The notes under the pieces: generated by a model
Database searches by the model: none
Told to the model about the DNA's origin: nothing
What the model saw: only the letters and a program-made list of their open reading frames with translations
Made by a program: the position numbers and the translations under genes
Shown: piece after piece, positions 40,056-50,529 of the stretch
Numbering within the stretch: position 1 is the first letter of the stretch
How the letters are laid out: each line of letters opens with the position of its first letter
Origin: an uncultured Candidatus Saccharibacteria bacterium
Lineage (GTDB): Bacteria; Patescibacteriota; Minisyncoccia; Phycocordibacterales; CAIZLB01
Length of the DNA: 63,142 nucleotides
Direction: 5' to 3'
Assembly (NCBI GenBank): GCA_964520545.1
Contig: CAZFOD010000006.1
Span: 1 to 63,142 of the forward strand

Positions 40056-40544
40056 CTAGAAAGGAATATCTTCAGGGTTGATCTCTTCTTCTGGGTATGA
40101 GATGGAATCGAGCTGTTCAAGAGCGTTCTTGCCGCTCTTTTTTTCAGCACCTTCTTCATCTCCCGCTTTCTTTACTGAAGAAGGACTAAATGAACCACCG
40201 GAAGCCGGAGCCGTACCAGGACGGCTGCCGAACTGTACACGGTCAGCAACAACTTCTGTTCGATATTGTTTCTTACCATCCTGACCGTCCCAGCTTCGTG
40301 TCTGCATTCTTCCTTCAACCAAAACCGAACTTCCCTTCTTAAGGTACTGTGCGGCTGTTTCTGCTTGTCGGCCGAAAACAACTACGTTGTGGTAATCAGT
40401 AGCTTCCTGCTTCGCACCGTTCTGATCTTTCCAGACTCGATTCGTTGCGACAGAAAGGCTTGCTACTTGGATGCCTGACGGTAGAGCCTTCAACTCGGGA
40501 TCCCGAGTGAGGTTGCCGATGATGATTGCTTTGTTTAGGTACAT
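40056..40544 (-). CDS. ssb: single-stranded DNA-binding protein
   Basis: MYLNKAIIIGNLTRDPEL... OB fold, a Gly/Ser-rich linker and an acidic tail ending in DIPF. Confidence 0.95.
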   Translation of the reverse strand: MYLNKAIIIGNLTRDPELKALPSGIQVASLSVATNRVWKDQNGAKQEATDYHNVVVFGRQAETAAQYLKKGSSVLVEGRMQTRSWDGQDGKKQYRTEVVADRVQFGSRPGTAPASGGSFSPSSVKKAGDEEGAEKKSGKNALEQLDSISYPEEEINPEDIPF

Positions 40545-40560
40545 ATTTTGATTTACTTTG

Positions 40561-41028
40561 TTACGCTGCCAACTCCTCTATCTTCTTATCAAGTTGCGCT
40601 TCACTGACTTCACCTTCTACTTTCTCCTTTCTTTCATCCCTTTCTTTTGGACCCACTAGTGTGCTCTCTTTTACGGTGCTGATTACGAGGTATCGAAGTA
40701 CTGGTTCAAAGGCTTTCACCTCTTTTTCCAAATCCACGATCTGATCCGCTGCGAGAGTGAACTTGACCCATCCGAAGTACGCATCTGTATAGCGCTTCTT
40801 CTGAGCCTTTACTGTTTTCGAAATCTCGTATGCCAACGGAATCATTTTTGGGAAATCTTCGGAAATGAACTCGCCTCCTCGTTTCTCAATCATCGATTTA
40901 AGATGAGAAAACTGTACAGGCACATCGTCTTCGGCAATTGTCGGCACGAAATGAAAGCCGATTTCATATACCTTTGACGCTGTATCCTGTTCTGTGTGGT
41001 CGATTTGCTGTTCTTTTGACATGGGCAA
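40561..41028 (-). CDS. rpsF: 30S ribosomal protein S6 (with acidic/Lys-rich C-terminal extension)
   Basis: YEIGFHFVP... an S6-like fold, in the conserved rpsF-ssb-rpsR arrangement. Confidence 0.85.
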   Translation of the reverse strand: MPMSKEQQIDHTEQDTASKVYEIGFHFVPTIAEDDVPVQFSHLKSMIEKRGGEFISEDFPKMIPLAYEISKTVKAQKKRYTDAYFGWVKFTLAADQIVDLEKEVKAFEPVLRYLVISTVKESTLVGPKERDERKEKVEGEVSEAQLDKKIEELAA

Positions 41029-41118
41029 AGGTTAACACGCCAAAGAGCAGAAAGCAAGCTGTAAAAGGCCTGAATTTGGCCATATATGGGCAAACTAGGG
41101 GTTCTTGGTGCGACTTTG

Positions 41119-41994
41119 TTATCCTAGTCGAAACATCGCAAAAGCGTTGTCTACCAAGGCTTTTTTGACAACCTCGATATCTAAACCCTTGATTTCAGCT
41201 ATCTTCGCAGCTACCTCCCTGACGTAGATAGGTTCATTTCTCCGGCCTCTGTATGGCACAGGCGCCACATACGGGCAGTCTGTCTCAGCCATGATCTTAT
41301 CAAGAGGTGTCATTTCGATGAGCTTACGATATGGGTTCTCTCCTCCTTTACCGAAAGTGATAACTCCAGTGAATGAAAGAGTAAACCCCCTATCTAGAAA
41401 CGCCTTTGCTTCTTCGACGGTGCCTGCAAAGAAGTGTGCGTTCCCCCTTAATTTTCCCTTATTCGTCTTCAAATATTCATCAAGTATTTTTAAAATTTCT
41501 CGGTAGGAGTCACGAGCATGTATCATAATTGGTTTATCGAACTCAATGGCCATTTCTATCTGGGCTCGAAAAGCAGCTTCTTGTCTTTCAATTGCATTAG
41601 CTTCCAAATCCTTATGCTCTGGTAGTCGAAAGAAATCGAGACCGCACTCACCAATACCTACGACACGTGGATTCTTCAAAAGTTCCCGAAATGCTTCTTT
41701 ATCAAATGCCTCACCTGTTTCATACACCTTTAGCTGATTACTAGATTCTTTCGGATCTGCATGAGTTACAGAAAGCGGTGAAGTGTGTATTGGATGTAGC
41801 CCTACTATCGCATACATACCTTCGTTCTCATTCGCCAATTTCACAACTTCTTTAGAAGTTTCATAATGGGTTCCCACATTTATCATCCATACACCAGCTT
41901 CACGTGCGCGTTTCAAGACTTCAGCTCGATCAATATCAAAAGCTTCAAAGTTTACATGCGCGTGTATATCAATGTATTCAGGTCTCAACGTCAT
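41119..41994 (-). CDS. TatD-family metal-dependent hydrolase
   Basis: IDIHAHVNF near the N-terminus, GECGLDF, MIHARDS and ETDCPY motifs. Confidence 0.9.
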   Translation of the reverse strand: MTLRPEYIDIHAHVNFEAFDIDRAEVLKRAREAGVWMINVGTHYETSKEVVKLANENEGMYAIVGLHPIHTSPLSVTHADPKESSNQLKVYETGEAFDKEAFRELLKNPRVVGIGECGLDFFRLPEHKDLEANAIERQEAAFRAQIEMAIEFDKPIMIHARDSYREILKILDEYLKTNKGKLRGNAHFFAGTVEEAKAFLDRGFTLSFTGVITFGKGGENPYRKLIEMTPLDKIMAETDCPYVAPVPYRGRRNEPIYVREVAAKIAEIKGLDIEVVKKALVDNAFAMFRLG

Positions 41995-41997
41995 TAA

Positions 41998-43422
41998 TTA
42001 ATCCTTTCGGAGGAATAGGGGTTGTTCAGGAGACTTATTCTCCATAATGCATGCATTAATCTTTTCAGCAGTTCTCGGAAGAAATGGTGTAAGCATAGCT
42101 GTGATTGAGTACAGTCTTCGAACTAAATCTTCAATCTGCTTTTTTCCAGTATCTGGGTCAGTCTTTACCGTTTTAAATGGCTGTGTATCTTGAATCAACT
42201 TATCAGCCTCCCCTATATACTGCCAAACAATATTTATCGCCTTATGCAAATCATAATTATCAAACGCTTGCTTATATTCTTCAGATATATTTTCTTTCAA
42301 ATCAAGAACAGGACCTGGAAGATTTGTCTCCGACATCTTCATCACTCGAGAAACAAGATTCCCCAAACCATTTGCAAGATTTCCGTTAAATGCTTTTTTA
42401 AAATTCTCAAGAGTAAAGTCACCGTCTTCAAAAGAAGTAATCTCTCTGAGTAAGTAATATCGGAGAGGATCTTCTCCATATTCGCTGACAATATCGGCTG
42501 GGTTAATAACATTACCTAAGCTCTTACTCATCTTCTGTCCTCCGCTTGTAATAAAACCGTTAATTACAACCTTTTTAGAAGTAGGAAGTCCTGCGGACAT
42601 AAGCATCACCTGCCATGTTGCAGACTGTTGTCGAAGATTGTCTTTACCGGCGTACTGAACTCCAGGCCACCAAGATTCAAAAGTTGAAATATCATTAGGC
42701 CAACCAATGGCTGCAATATAGTTCACCAAGGCATCAAACCATACATACATGACTTGATTTGAGTCTCCGGGAACTTCAATGCCCCAAGGCATCTTCTCTT
42801 TTAGACGGGAAATACTGAAGTCCTCAAGACCTCGTTCTACAAACTTAATTATTTCATTAAAACGGAATGCTGGAGTTACGAACTCAGGATCCTTTTTATA
42901 TAAATCTAAAAGTTTCTGCTGGTACTTCGAGCATTTGAAGAAATAGTTTTCCTCTTCGATAATCTCCACCTCCCTTTCTGGGTGTAATGGACATCTGCCA
43001 TTAACAAGTTCAGAATCTGTCTTTTCAAGCTCACAACCGACACAGTATTTTGTCTTATACTGCTTCTTGTAAATATCCCCTGCATCAAAACAACGCTTCC
43101 AAAACTCTTGCGCCGCAGCGATATGGTGAGCATCAGTTGTTCTCGTAAAGCTGTTGTAGCTTAAATTTAAACTTTCCTTAAGCTCCTTAAATTTCAAAGC
43201 ATAACGATCAACATACTGTTGAGGTGTTTCATTGTTCTCTAAGGCCTTCTGATATATTTTAAGCCCGTGCTCGTCGGTACCAGTATTGAAAAATACATCG
43301 TCGCCTTTCAAACGATGATATCTCGCAACTGCATCAGCACGAATGATCTCCATAGCAAAACCGACATGCGGGTCGCTGTTAACATACGGAAGTGTTGTAG
43401 TGATGTAGAATTTTTCTGACAT
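41998..43422 (-). CDS. metG: methionyl-tRNA synthetase (minimal form)
   Basis: TTTLPYVNSDPHVGFA (HIGH-type), a CXXC...C Zn knuckle (YCVGCELEK...GRCPLH) and KMSKSLGN. Confidence 0.95.
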   Translation of the reverse strand: MSEKFYITTTLPYVNSDPHVGFAMEIIRADAVARYHRLKGDDVFFNTGTDEHGLKIYQKALENNETPQQYVDRYALKFKELKESLNLSYNSFTRTTDAHHIAAAQEFWKRCFDAGDIYKKQYKTKYCVGCELEKTDSELVNGRCPLHPEREVEIIEEENYFFKCSKYQQKLLDLYKKDPEFVTPAFRFNEIIKFVERGLEDFSISRLKEKMPWGIEVPGDSNQVMYVWFDALVNYIAAIGWPNDISTFESWWPGVQYAGKDNLRQQSATWQVMLMSAGLPTSKKVVINGFITSGGQKMSKSLGNVINPADIVSEYGEDPLRYYLLREITSFEDGDFTLENFKKAFNGNLANGLGNLVSRVMKMSETNLPGPVLDLKENISEEYKQAFDNYDLHKAINIVWQYIGEADKLIQDTQPFKTVKTDPDTGKKQIEDLVRRLYSITAMLTPFLPRTAEKINACIMENKSPEQPLFLRKD

Positions 43423-43432
43423 GGTATTAAAA

Positions 43433-44509
43433 CTATTTCGCCTGTACTATCCCTATTCTCTTCCTTTTTTCGAAGTCATCAAGGTATTCCATTAATGCTA
43501 CTGATATTGGGACAGCAAGCAAGGCCCCCACAAGCCCTGCTAGTTCCGCTCCTGCCACTAATGCAACAATCACAAGAAGAGGCGGAACTCCGATAATCTT
43601 CTTTACGACAATAGGATATATGACATGTGCCTCTATTTGCTGAATGAAAAGATAAATTGCTAGTACCAAAATACCGAGCCCAAGTCCCCCATCGAGGAAT
43701 GCAAGAAAGAATGCAGGGATAACGGAGATGACGAGACCTACGACAGGAATGATTTCAAACATTCCGGCAACAAAGGCAAGTAGAAATGGATGCGGAACTC
43801 CGATGATAAGGAGTCCGATGTAAGTAAGTACACCAATACCAAGACCAAGAAGAAGTTGTCCTTGCATCCATCTTCCAATCTTGTTCTGTGACCGTCGCCA
43901 AAGACCACGTACATATGGTTCATACTCGATCGGGGTAATAATACCAAGAAATTCCCCCACCCCATCTTCGCGTACAGAAAGATAAAAAGAAAGAACGATT
44001 ACAAGCACGAAGCTTATAACACCACCAAAGAAATTACTTACCGTATCAAATATTCCACCAGAAAAAGTAGATATCGTACGAGTGAGCTCAGCGGCAAGAT
44101 CCCCGATAGAAATAGTTGAGGGTAAACCTGGGAACAAAGTTTCAACTCCCGTAAACCACTGATCATGAAATGGGGCTAAGACATCGATTGTCTTTATATA
44201 CTTCGGTAACCCATTCATTGCTTCAATTGTCTGCCCAAATAACGGCGGCAATACAAATGTAAATGTCCCCGTAATAATAAGGGCGATGAGGAGGTACATA
44301 ATAATGACAGAAACAGTACGAGGAATCTTCCTTTGAATAAACCATCGCGTCCCTGGCTCAATAACTGAAGCTATAACAACAGCAATGAGTAATACCAAAA
44401 TAAGACCTCGGAGGCGGTATGCGAGAATAGCAGCCAAAACTGCAAGAGCCAGTTTAAGCATGCTACCGAAGTTAATATTTATTGAGAGAGTGTTCTTATC
44501 CATTGACAC
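43433..44509 (-). CDS. AI-2E family (PerM/UPF0118) transporter
   Basis: 358 aa with about 8 TM helices and typical length and topology. The C-terminal half carries IPVVGLVISVIPAFFLAF... blocks. Confidence 0.8.
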   Translation of the reverse strand: MSMDKNTLSININFGSMLKLALAVLAAILAYRLRGLILVLLIAVVIASVIEPGTRWFIQRKIPRTVSVIIMYLLIALIITGTFTFVLPPLFGQTIEAMNGLPKYIKTIDVLAPFHDQWFTGVETLFPGLPSTISIGDLAAELTRTISTFSGGIFDTVSNFFGGVISFVLVIVLSFYLSVREDGVGEFLGIITPIEYEPYVRGLWRRSQNKIGRWMQGQLLLGLGIGVLTYIGLLIIGVPHPFLLAFVAGMFEIIPVVGLVISVIPAFFLAFLDGGLGLGILVLAIYLFIQQIEAHVIYPIVVKKIIGVPPLLVIVALVAGAELAGLVGALLAVPISVALMEYLDDFEKRKRIGIVQAK

Positions 44510-44543
44510 TACAATACCATTCTCATTAAGAAATATCTAATAC

Positions 44544-45884
44544 CTAAAAGGTCAAAAGTTCGAGCAATTTCTTTGTATTCTTATGTGGCCCTACAATTGC
44601 CAAATTGGCCTTAGATGACTGAAAGATGTCCCTTGCAGCTTCTCTCACCTGCTCTGGAGTCACACGCTCTATTCGTCTTGTAGACTCCTCAATTGTCCTG
44701 ATTCGCTTATGATATAGCTCCTGGAAGGCACACCTGTCCGCAACAGCGTTAGATGTTTCTAAACCGAGTACTAAGCCTGAGAGGCGCAGATTCTTACACC
44801 GGCGAAACTCCTTCTTACTCGCTAACTCCTCTTTTACCAAACGCAATTCAGTGACAATCCCATGAATTGCCTCTTCCAGTCTGTCATTCGCAACTCCAGC
44901 ATAGATTGCAAAAGCTCCACTTTCCATTCCCGCCTGAAATGAACTGCCGATATAGTAACAAATGCCAAGCTCCTCTCGCATCTTCTTAAAAAGCCTTGAG
45001 CTGCTACTCTCCCCGAGAACTGTTGAAAGCGTTGCGACGGCTGAATTTCCTTTTGTAAACATTGTTGGAGCATGAAAAGAAAGTATAAAATGTGTCTGAT
45101 CAGTTTCTTTATAATGAACCTTTATTGCAGGATCTTTTTGTTTAATTACCGTAGGCTGAAGAACAGGAGGTTTCGTTTTCTTCATCACCGAAAAAAGACT
45201 CTTGATTTGCTCTGCTACCACATCCTCTTTAAATGAACCCGCAACCACAACGAGTGTGTTTTCTGGGGTGTAGTGAGTATTCCTATACCTAATGAGATCT
45301 TCTCGTTTGAAAGACGCAACAGACTTTTTTGTACCAGCAATCTCTCTTCCTGCTGCTTGATCACCGTACATAAGGTAACCTGCCACTTGAGAGACCTTCG
45401 CTGATGGATCATCCTCATACATATTTATTTCCTGTATGACCACTCCCTTTTCTTTTTCAATTTCTCCTTCGGGGAATGTAGGGTTCAGGTATACGTCTGA
45501 AATGAGATCAATGAGTTCACTTACATTCTTTTTGTGTCCCTTTGCCCAGTACCCTGTTGAATAGCTACCGGTGAACGCATTGTGTCTCGCACCAAGCGTA
45601 TCTATTTCCTCAGCAATGTGACTCGATGTAGGTCGCATTTTTGTTCCCTTGAAACACATATGCTCGAGAAAATGAGCAAGACCATTCTCTTCCTTCTTTT
45701 CATACATAAGACCAGTACCAACAAGAACCATGACAGAAACTGCCTGCGTGTTTCGCATCGGGGCGAGGATATATCGAAGACCATTCTTTAATTTATGTTT
45801 CGTGAATTTCATAGGTAATTTGAGACATTGAGTGTACCTAAAAGGATGGATAAATGAAAGCGGTACTTTTAAAATACAAAGCAC
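44544..45884 (-). CDS. M16-family zinc peptidase (likely start M25 at 45812)
   Basis: Inverted zincin motif HFLEHMCFKGT, followed by an E in a conserved downstream block. Confidence 0.85.
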   Translation of the reverse strand: MLCILKVPLSFIHPFRYTQCLKLPMKFTKHKLKNGLRYILAPMRNTQAVSVMVLVGTGLMYEKKEENGLAHFLEHMCFKGTKMRPTSSHIAEEIDTLGARHNAFTGSYSTGYWAKGHKKNVSELIDLISDVYLNPTFPEGEIEKEKGVVIQEINMYEDDPSAKVSQVAGYLMYGDQAAGREIAGTKKSVASFKREDLIRYRNTHYTPENTLVVVAGSFKEDVVAEQIKSLFSVMKKTKPPVLQPTVIKQKDPAIKVHYKETDQTHFILSFHAPTMFTKGNSAVATLSTVLGESSSSRLFKKMREELGICYYIGSSFQAGMESGAFAIYAGVANDRLEEAIHGIVTELRLVKEELASKKEFRRCKNLRLSGLVLGLETSNAVADRCAFQELYHKRIRTIEESTRRIERVTPEQVREAARDIFQSSKANLAIVGPHKNTKKLLELLTF

Positions 45885-45909
45885 CCACCGCTATGAAGCA
45901 GAGTGGGTG
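45882..45909 (-). terminator. rho-independent terminator after the VOC-like gene
   Basis: CACCCAC ... GTGGGTG followed by CTTTGTATTTT on the minus strand. Confidence 0.5.
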
Positions 45910-45932
45910 TTGTAAATACTGACCTAGCGGGA

Positions 45933-46409
45933 CTATCCCGTAAACGCGGAACTTGGGAGCCAGAACGGCGGCCTTACCGGCTGGATGACACTGAGGGACA
46001 ACCCGCAAGTTGTCGTCAGGAGCACTGACTTATTCCCAGCATCATCGGTGACGACCGGTCCAACAACAACTCCGTCGCCGGAAAAGCTTGGGAGATATTT
46101 CGTGACCAGAAAATCGAGATCGTCCGTCTCGAGTGTTACGAGGGATTTCGAACCGCTTGATTTGGCGCAGGGAATTTGCGTAAAGAGGCGGAATTGCGAG
46201 AAGCCGTCTGGTCCAACCAGATCTCTTCCGTCGCAACTCCCCACCCTCGATCGTCCAAGGATCTTGAAGCCAAACTTTTCGAGAAAGGCTGCGGCATCCT
46301 TGGCGTTACTGACGCCCAAACAGATTCCGCGAAGCCTGAATGAAGGCAGGTTTCCATTAAACATAATCTTGCTGACTGCAAAGAACCATTCACCCCCGTC
46401 GAGAGGCAA
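45933..46409 (-). CDS. glyoxalase/VOC-superfamily-like protein (G+C-rich cassette; possible start M16 at 46364)
   Basis: A beta-alpha-beta-beta-beta-like pattern: FRLRGICLGVSNAKDAAAFLEKFGFKILG ... LVTLETDDLDFLVTKYL...GPVVTDDAGNKSVLLTTTCGLSLSVIQ. Local G+C is clearly above the neighbours. Confidence 0.55.
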   Translation of the reverse strand: MPLDGGEWFFAVSKIMFNGNLPSFRLRGICLGVSNAKDAAAFLEKFGFKILGRSRVGSCDGRDLVGPDGFSQFRLFTQIPCAKSSGSKSLVTLETDDLDFLVTKYLPSFSGDGVVVGPVVTDDAGNKSVLLTTTCGLSLSVIQPVRPPFWLPSSAFTG

Positions 46410-46498
46410 TAGCTCTCATTGGTTGTTGGTTGGTGATGAATCGCAACTCTAAGTTACCTTAAAGTGACGTGCGAAAACTGCGCATATAATGCCACAGA

Positions 46499-47884
46499 CT
46501 ATATATTCTGTCCAATCTTCTCAGCAAGGTCTGCTATCGCTACTCTCTCCTGATTTCCAGTATCACGATCTCGCAATGTAACCATTCCATCCTTTTCAAT
46601 AGTGTCAAAATCTACAGTGACACAGTATGGAGTTCCTATTTCATCCTGTCGTCGATATCGTTTTCCAATATTTCCATTATCATCAAAAGCAACGCGTCCG
46701 AATTTCTTCTTAAGATCTGTAAACACTTCACGTGCTTTCTCTATGAGCGCTGGCTTATTCTTTAGCAATGGAAAAACCGCAACAAGGACAGGTGCAACCT
46801 TAGGAGAAAGTTTGAGGAAAGTTCGAACCTCTCCATCGTCAGCAGAACCAAGACTATCTTCAGTATAGGCATCGCTTATAACAGCAAGAAGTGTTCGTCC
46901 AACTCCAAAAGATGGCTCGATACAATGTGGAGTAATTCTTTCTTTTGTTTCTTCATCAAAATAACTAAGGTCCACTTTTGATCCTTCAGTGTGACTCTTA
47001 AGATCGAAATCAGTTCGATATGCAAGGCCGTAAAGCTCTTTTCGGCCGAATGAATAATCAAATTCAAAGTCGATTGTCCTTTTTGAATAGTGTGCGCGAT
47101 CAGCATCAGCAACCTCAAGCTCGTGAATCTTTCCCTGATTAAGACCAATGTCCTGAGTAAATTCCCATACCTGTTTTCGAAAATGTTCAAATACCTGTTC
47201 CCATTCACTTGGCTTTACAAAATATTCTATTTCCATCTGTTCAAGTTCTCGAACGCGGAATATAAAATCACGAGGTGCAATCTCATTTCTAAATGCCTTC
47301 CCTATTTGCGCCATACCGAAAGGAAGTTTTGGATGAAATGAATCAATAACATTCTTGAAGTTCACGAACATACCACCAGCCGTTTCAGGTCGTAGATATG
47401 AAATCGATGATTCATCTTCAGTCGCACCAATATTCGTTTTGAACATCATGTTAAACTGTCGAACATCTCCAAGTGGATTCCCTTCAGGACTCTTCAACCC
47501 CTTTTCTTTTATAACCCTATCAAGATCAGGAAGTTTCATTCCCTTAGGATCAACACCGGCTTCCTCAAGCAAATGGTCAGCGCGATACCTCTTCTTTGTC
47601 TTCAAATCTTCAACAAGTGGATCAGCAAAACCTGCAACGTGCCCTGAAGACTTCCAAACTTCCTGATTCATTAAAATGGCAGCGTCGATACCGTACATAT
47701 CCTCACGATCGGTAACAAATCTTTTCCACCATATATTTTCAATATTCTTCTTAAGAGCAACTCCAAGTGGACCGTAATCCCATGTTCCAGCTAAACCTCC
47801 GTAGATTTCTGAGCCTTGGTATATAAATCCGCGACGCTTGCAAAGCGAGATAATTTTCTCCATCTGCGACATTTCAGTAGCCAT
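46499..47884 (-). CDS. glyQS: glycyl-tRNA synthetase (alpha2 dimer type)
   Basis: RRGFIYQGSEIYGGLAGTWDYGPLG, FRNEIAPR and the class II motif 3 region (IEPSFGVGR). C-terminal anticodon-binding domain. Confidence 0.95.
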   Translation of the reverse strand: MATEMSQMEKIISLCKRRGFIYQGSEIYGGLAGTWDYGPLGVALKKNIENIWWKRFVTDREDMYGIDAAILMNQEVWKSSGHVAGFADPLVEDLKTKKRYRADHLLEEAGVDPKGMKLPDLDRVIKEKGLKSPEGNPLGDVRQFNMMFKTNIGATEDESSISYLRPETAGGMFVNFKNVIDSFHPKLPFGMAQIGKAFRNEIAPRDFIFRVRELEQMEIEYFVKPSEWEQVFEHFRKQVWEFTQDIGLNQGKIHELEVADADRAHYSKRTIDFEFDYSFGRKELYGLAYRTDFDLKSHTEGSKVDLSYFDEETKERITPHCIEPSFGVGRTLLAVISDAYTEDSLGSADDGEVRTFLKLSPKVAPVLVAVFPLLKNKPALIEKAREVFTDLKKKFGRVAFDDNGNIGKRYRRQDEIGTPYCVTVDFDTIEKDGMVTLRDRDTGNQERVAIADLAEKIGQNI

Positions 47885-47934
47885 AATAGAACAACTATAC
47901 GGCCTTTTGACCCTTAAATCAATAAATTCATTCC

Positions 47935-49875
47935 TTACTGGCTTACCACCTTATCCTGCCCGTATTGGAAGTTAGGATCACTTGATATCTGTGTATCTAG
48001 AGGAGGCTGGACATTCTGGACAATAGTATCGGTAAAATTGTCCTTGCCTGCCACCCTCTGAGAATTAACAACTGTCGGTGATTGTCCAAGATGACTAATA
48101 CTTGGTTGTAATATAACCTGGAATGCAAACTGCTTAGGACTTGAATTGTATCCCGTACCAGCTGGGATGTCGCCAAGTGGCCAACTAACCTCTCGCTTGT
48201 CCGCGCTATATGCCACTCCTGGTGTACTTGGATTTGTAACACCTGCCCATTTAACATACGAAGGGAGTGTTGTCGTAAAGACAGCGTCTTTGACGGTATT
48301 AAATGAATTCGAAACACTCACGAGTACGGTGTAAGTAGAATCTTTGTCTACAGCTGGAGGCAATGGCCCTGTGTTTACAAAAGGACCAGTGGTTCGCACG
48401 AGTCGAGTCTCCATCGCTAATCCTGACTGAACTTTTATTTTCCTCGATACATTTGAGGTTACAGTTTCAGGCACTCGATTCTCATTTAATCGCTTTGCTT
48501 TAATAGTGAGCTCGAGAGTAAGCTCTGGTCTACGGAATGTCGTATTATTCTGATCCGTTGACGGAAGTGGCGCAAAAGCAAACTGAATTCTACCAACATC
48601 TCCAGGACCTACTTCTTTGAGATCTGACAAAGTACTTCTATCCCAAAGGATAGTGCTATCTATTGATCGGTAGAAGCCTTGATCACCACTTACAAGCTTC
48701 TTATCGAGCATTGAACCAGTTATTTTCGCCTCCATGACAACGTCATTTACAGGTACGTCCAGATTATTCTGCCAAGTAATTTCTCCCTGCACCGCCTGGC
48801 CAGCATCGACAACTATCGTGTCTTTACTTTCACCATTTAAAGATATATCAGCACTTAAGAACGGCTGACGTACAGCAACGGTTGCAGAAGAACTTATGAA
48901 TACTGATTTTATCGATGTCGTATTCTGCGGGTCTTCAGTACCTGCAGAGAAATTAAGAACGCGCTCATCATTGTTCTCCCCTATTATAGTTCCCACAATT
49001 GTTATTTCCCTTCTCCCTCCAGGCTCTAGATCGCCGAGAGACCATGTGTCATTACCTGAAAGTGCTACAGGTGTTGCGTTGGTAAATTTAAAGCCAAATG
49101 GATATTCAGCTTTGAGTAAAAGACCTTTAATGACTGATGTTGAATTTGATACCAGAGTAACCTTAAATGTCGCTGGCTGGTTTGCAGTAATCTCACCTAA
49201 CGTATCAATTGTCATGGTGACAGGAGAAGACCCAATGAAAATCGGATAGTCTTTGCTTTTTGTAAATATACTGTCTGAACCTGAAACTCTGTATTCGATG
49301 GTTACTTTAATATTCTTCTTTACATTCTCTTCACCAAAGAGAACCGACTTTACGGTCCTACGAACAGTTTGACCGGGACGAATAGTGCCAACAGGTACCC
49401 GCTCAGTAACAAGCTGTGTGATGCCGTCAGTCGCACTCCTTGTGCCTTCAGGATATGTAACAACGAGATCCGCGAGATTAATATCTGCAGTATTATTATT
49501 CTTCACATCGATATCAACAGAAAGCACCTCCCCTGCAGGGCTTGCTACGGGACCGAGCATTTTAATATCAATGTTGTTTGGAGAAACTACATTAGTTCCT
49601 TTTATAAAAACATATCCGGTAACTCCCGCTGCGATGACCAAGAAAGCCACAGCACCGAGAAGAACCTTCTTAAATATAGAACCAAAACCTGTATACGTTC
49701 CAGCGCGATCTTCATAATCAACCTTAGGTAGTTCCTCCCCGCCGTCCCATGAACTCTTTACAATCTGTGCATGCGGATGAAGCCGGCCTCGATGTGGCTT
49801 CAGTGGTTCCTCTGTGTTTGAATAGAGCGTTTTTTTTAGCTGTTCGATCTTGCTGTCGTCTTGTGACATATTCAC
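47935..49875 (-). CDS. large membrane-anchored extracytoplasmic protein (646 aa), function unknown
   Basis: Cytoplasmic N-terminus, one TM helix (LLGAVAFLVIAAGVTGYVFI), then about 550 aa of beta-rich repeats. An ATG at 49869 is a plausible true start, with TATAAT 8 nt upstream. Confidence 0.75.
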   Translation of the reverse strand: MNMSQDDSKIEQLKKTLYSNTEEPLKPHRGRLHPHAQIVKSSWDGGEELPKVDYEDRAGTYTGFGSIFKKVLLGAVAFLVIAAGVTGYVFIKGTNVVSPNNIDIKMLGPVASPAGEVLSVDIDVKNNNTADINLADLVVTYPEGTRSATDGITQLVTERVPVGTIRPGQTVRRTVKSVLFGEENVKKNIKVTIEYRVSGSDSIFTKSKDYPIFIGSSPVTMTIDTLGEITANQPATFKVTLVSNSTSVIKGLLLKAEYPFGFKFTNATPVALSGNDTWSLGDLEPGGRREITIVGTIIGENNDERVLNFSAGTEDPQNTTSIKSVFISSSATVAVRQPFLSADISLNGESKDTIVVDAGQAVQGEITWQNNLDVPVNDVVMEAKITGSMLDKKLVSGDQGFYRSIDSTILWDRSTLSDLKEVGPGDVGRIQFAFAPLPSTDQNNTTFRRPELTLELTIKAKRLNENRVPETVTSNVSRKIKVQSGLAMETRLVRTTGPFVNTGPLPPAVDKDSTYTVLVSVSNSFNTVKDAVFTTTLPSYVKWAGVTNPSTPGVAYSADKREVSWPLGDIPAGTGYNSSPKQFAFQVILQPSISHLGQSPTVVNSQRVAGKDNFTDTIVQNVQPPLDTQISSDPNFQYGQDKVVSQ

Positions 49876-49895
49876 AAATTATACCACAGAGAAAA

Positions 49896-50519
49896 TTAAA
49901 GATGACTCTCTCGTATTGCACGAGCAACCTCAGATCTCGCTCGTTCCATGTCACCAAGCATCCCCTCTAAAAGTGGAAGTGGCCATTCATAGGTAATCTT
50001 CCCGTCTAATACCTGTCGTGTCATATATTTTTGTAGATTGGAATCGGATGTAGCATATCCAAGCACATCAAGAATTCTCAATTGCGCGATTAACTCAACC
50101 GCTTCTATACCCTCTTTTGTTTTAAATTGATTTCTTTCCGAAAAACAAAATGCTGCCAAGCTAGAAAGTGCGGCAAAAAGTTCTGCATTAGGTGACTCCC
50201 CGGTTACCATTCGCTTTACGAAAGCAAGTACCCTTGCCATCATCATGCGACCACCCACAGGAATACGTCGGTCATAGAGTGAAATTAGTTTTCTTGCGCT
50301 AGTTACCCTCCAAATTTCTTTTCCTCGGACAAGAGCCAAAGATGCAAATGACAAATCTTGAAGTGATTGTCGCAACTTTGACTGCTGAACTCGAACTCCT
50401 TGTGCTAAAGCATTCACCAACCCGAGGTCCGCGGTAAAAAGCGTCACCATTTTATTTGCCTCACCTGTATCGATGCTGTCGATGATGAAGCCTTCTGTCT
50501 GATATATGTGGTATGACAC
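49896..50519 (-). CDS. recO: DNA repair protein RecO (short form)
   Basis: N-terminal OB-fold-like TEGFIIDSIDTGEANKMVTLFTADLGLV and a helical C-terminal half. Size and position are compatible with RecO. Confidence 0.7.
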   Translation of the reverse strand: MSYHIYQTEGFIIDSIDTGEANKMVTLFTADLGLVNALAQGVRVQQSKLRQSLQDLSFASLALVRGKEIWRVTSARKLISLYDRRIPVGGRMMMARVLAFVKRMVTGESPNAELFAALSSLAAFCFSERNQFKTKEGIEAVELIAQLRILDVLGYATSDSNLQKYMTRQVLDGKITYEWPLPLLEGMLGDMERARSEVARAIRESHL

Positions 50520-50529
50520 AACTTTTATC

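Noticed and set aside
45985-46452. 155-aa + strand ORF, with 46042..46236 and 46136..46393, overlapping the VOC-like gene.
   Set aside because: The translation is low-complexity and rich in Ser/Pro/Arg. The minus-strand frame gives a VOC-like pattern and is followed by a terminator on that strand.
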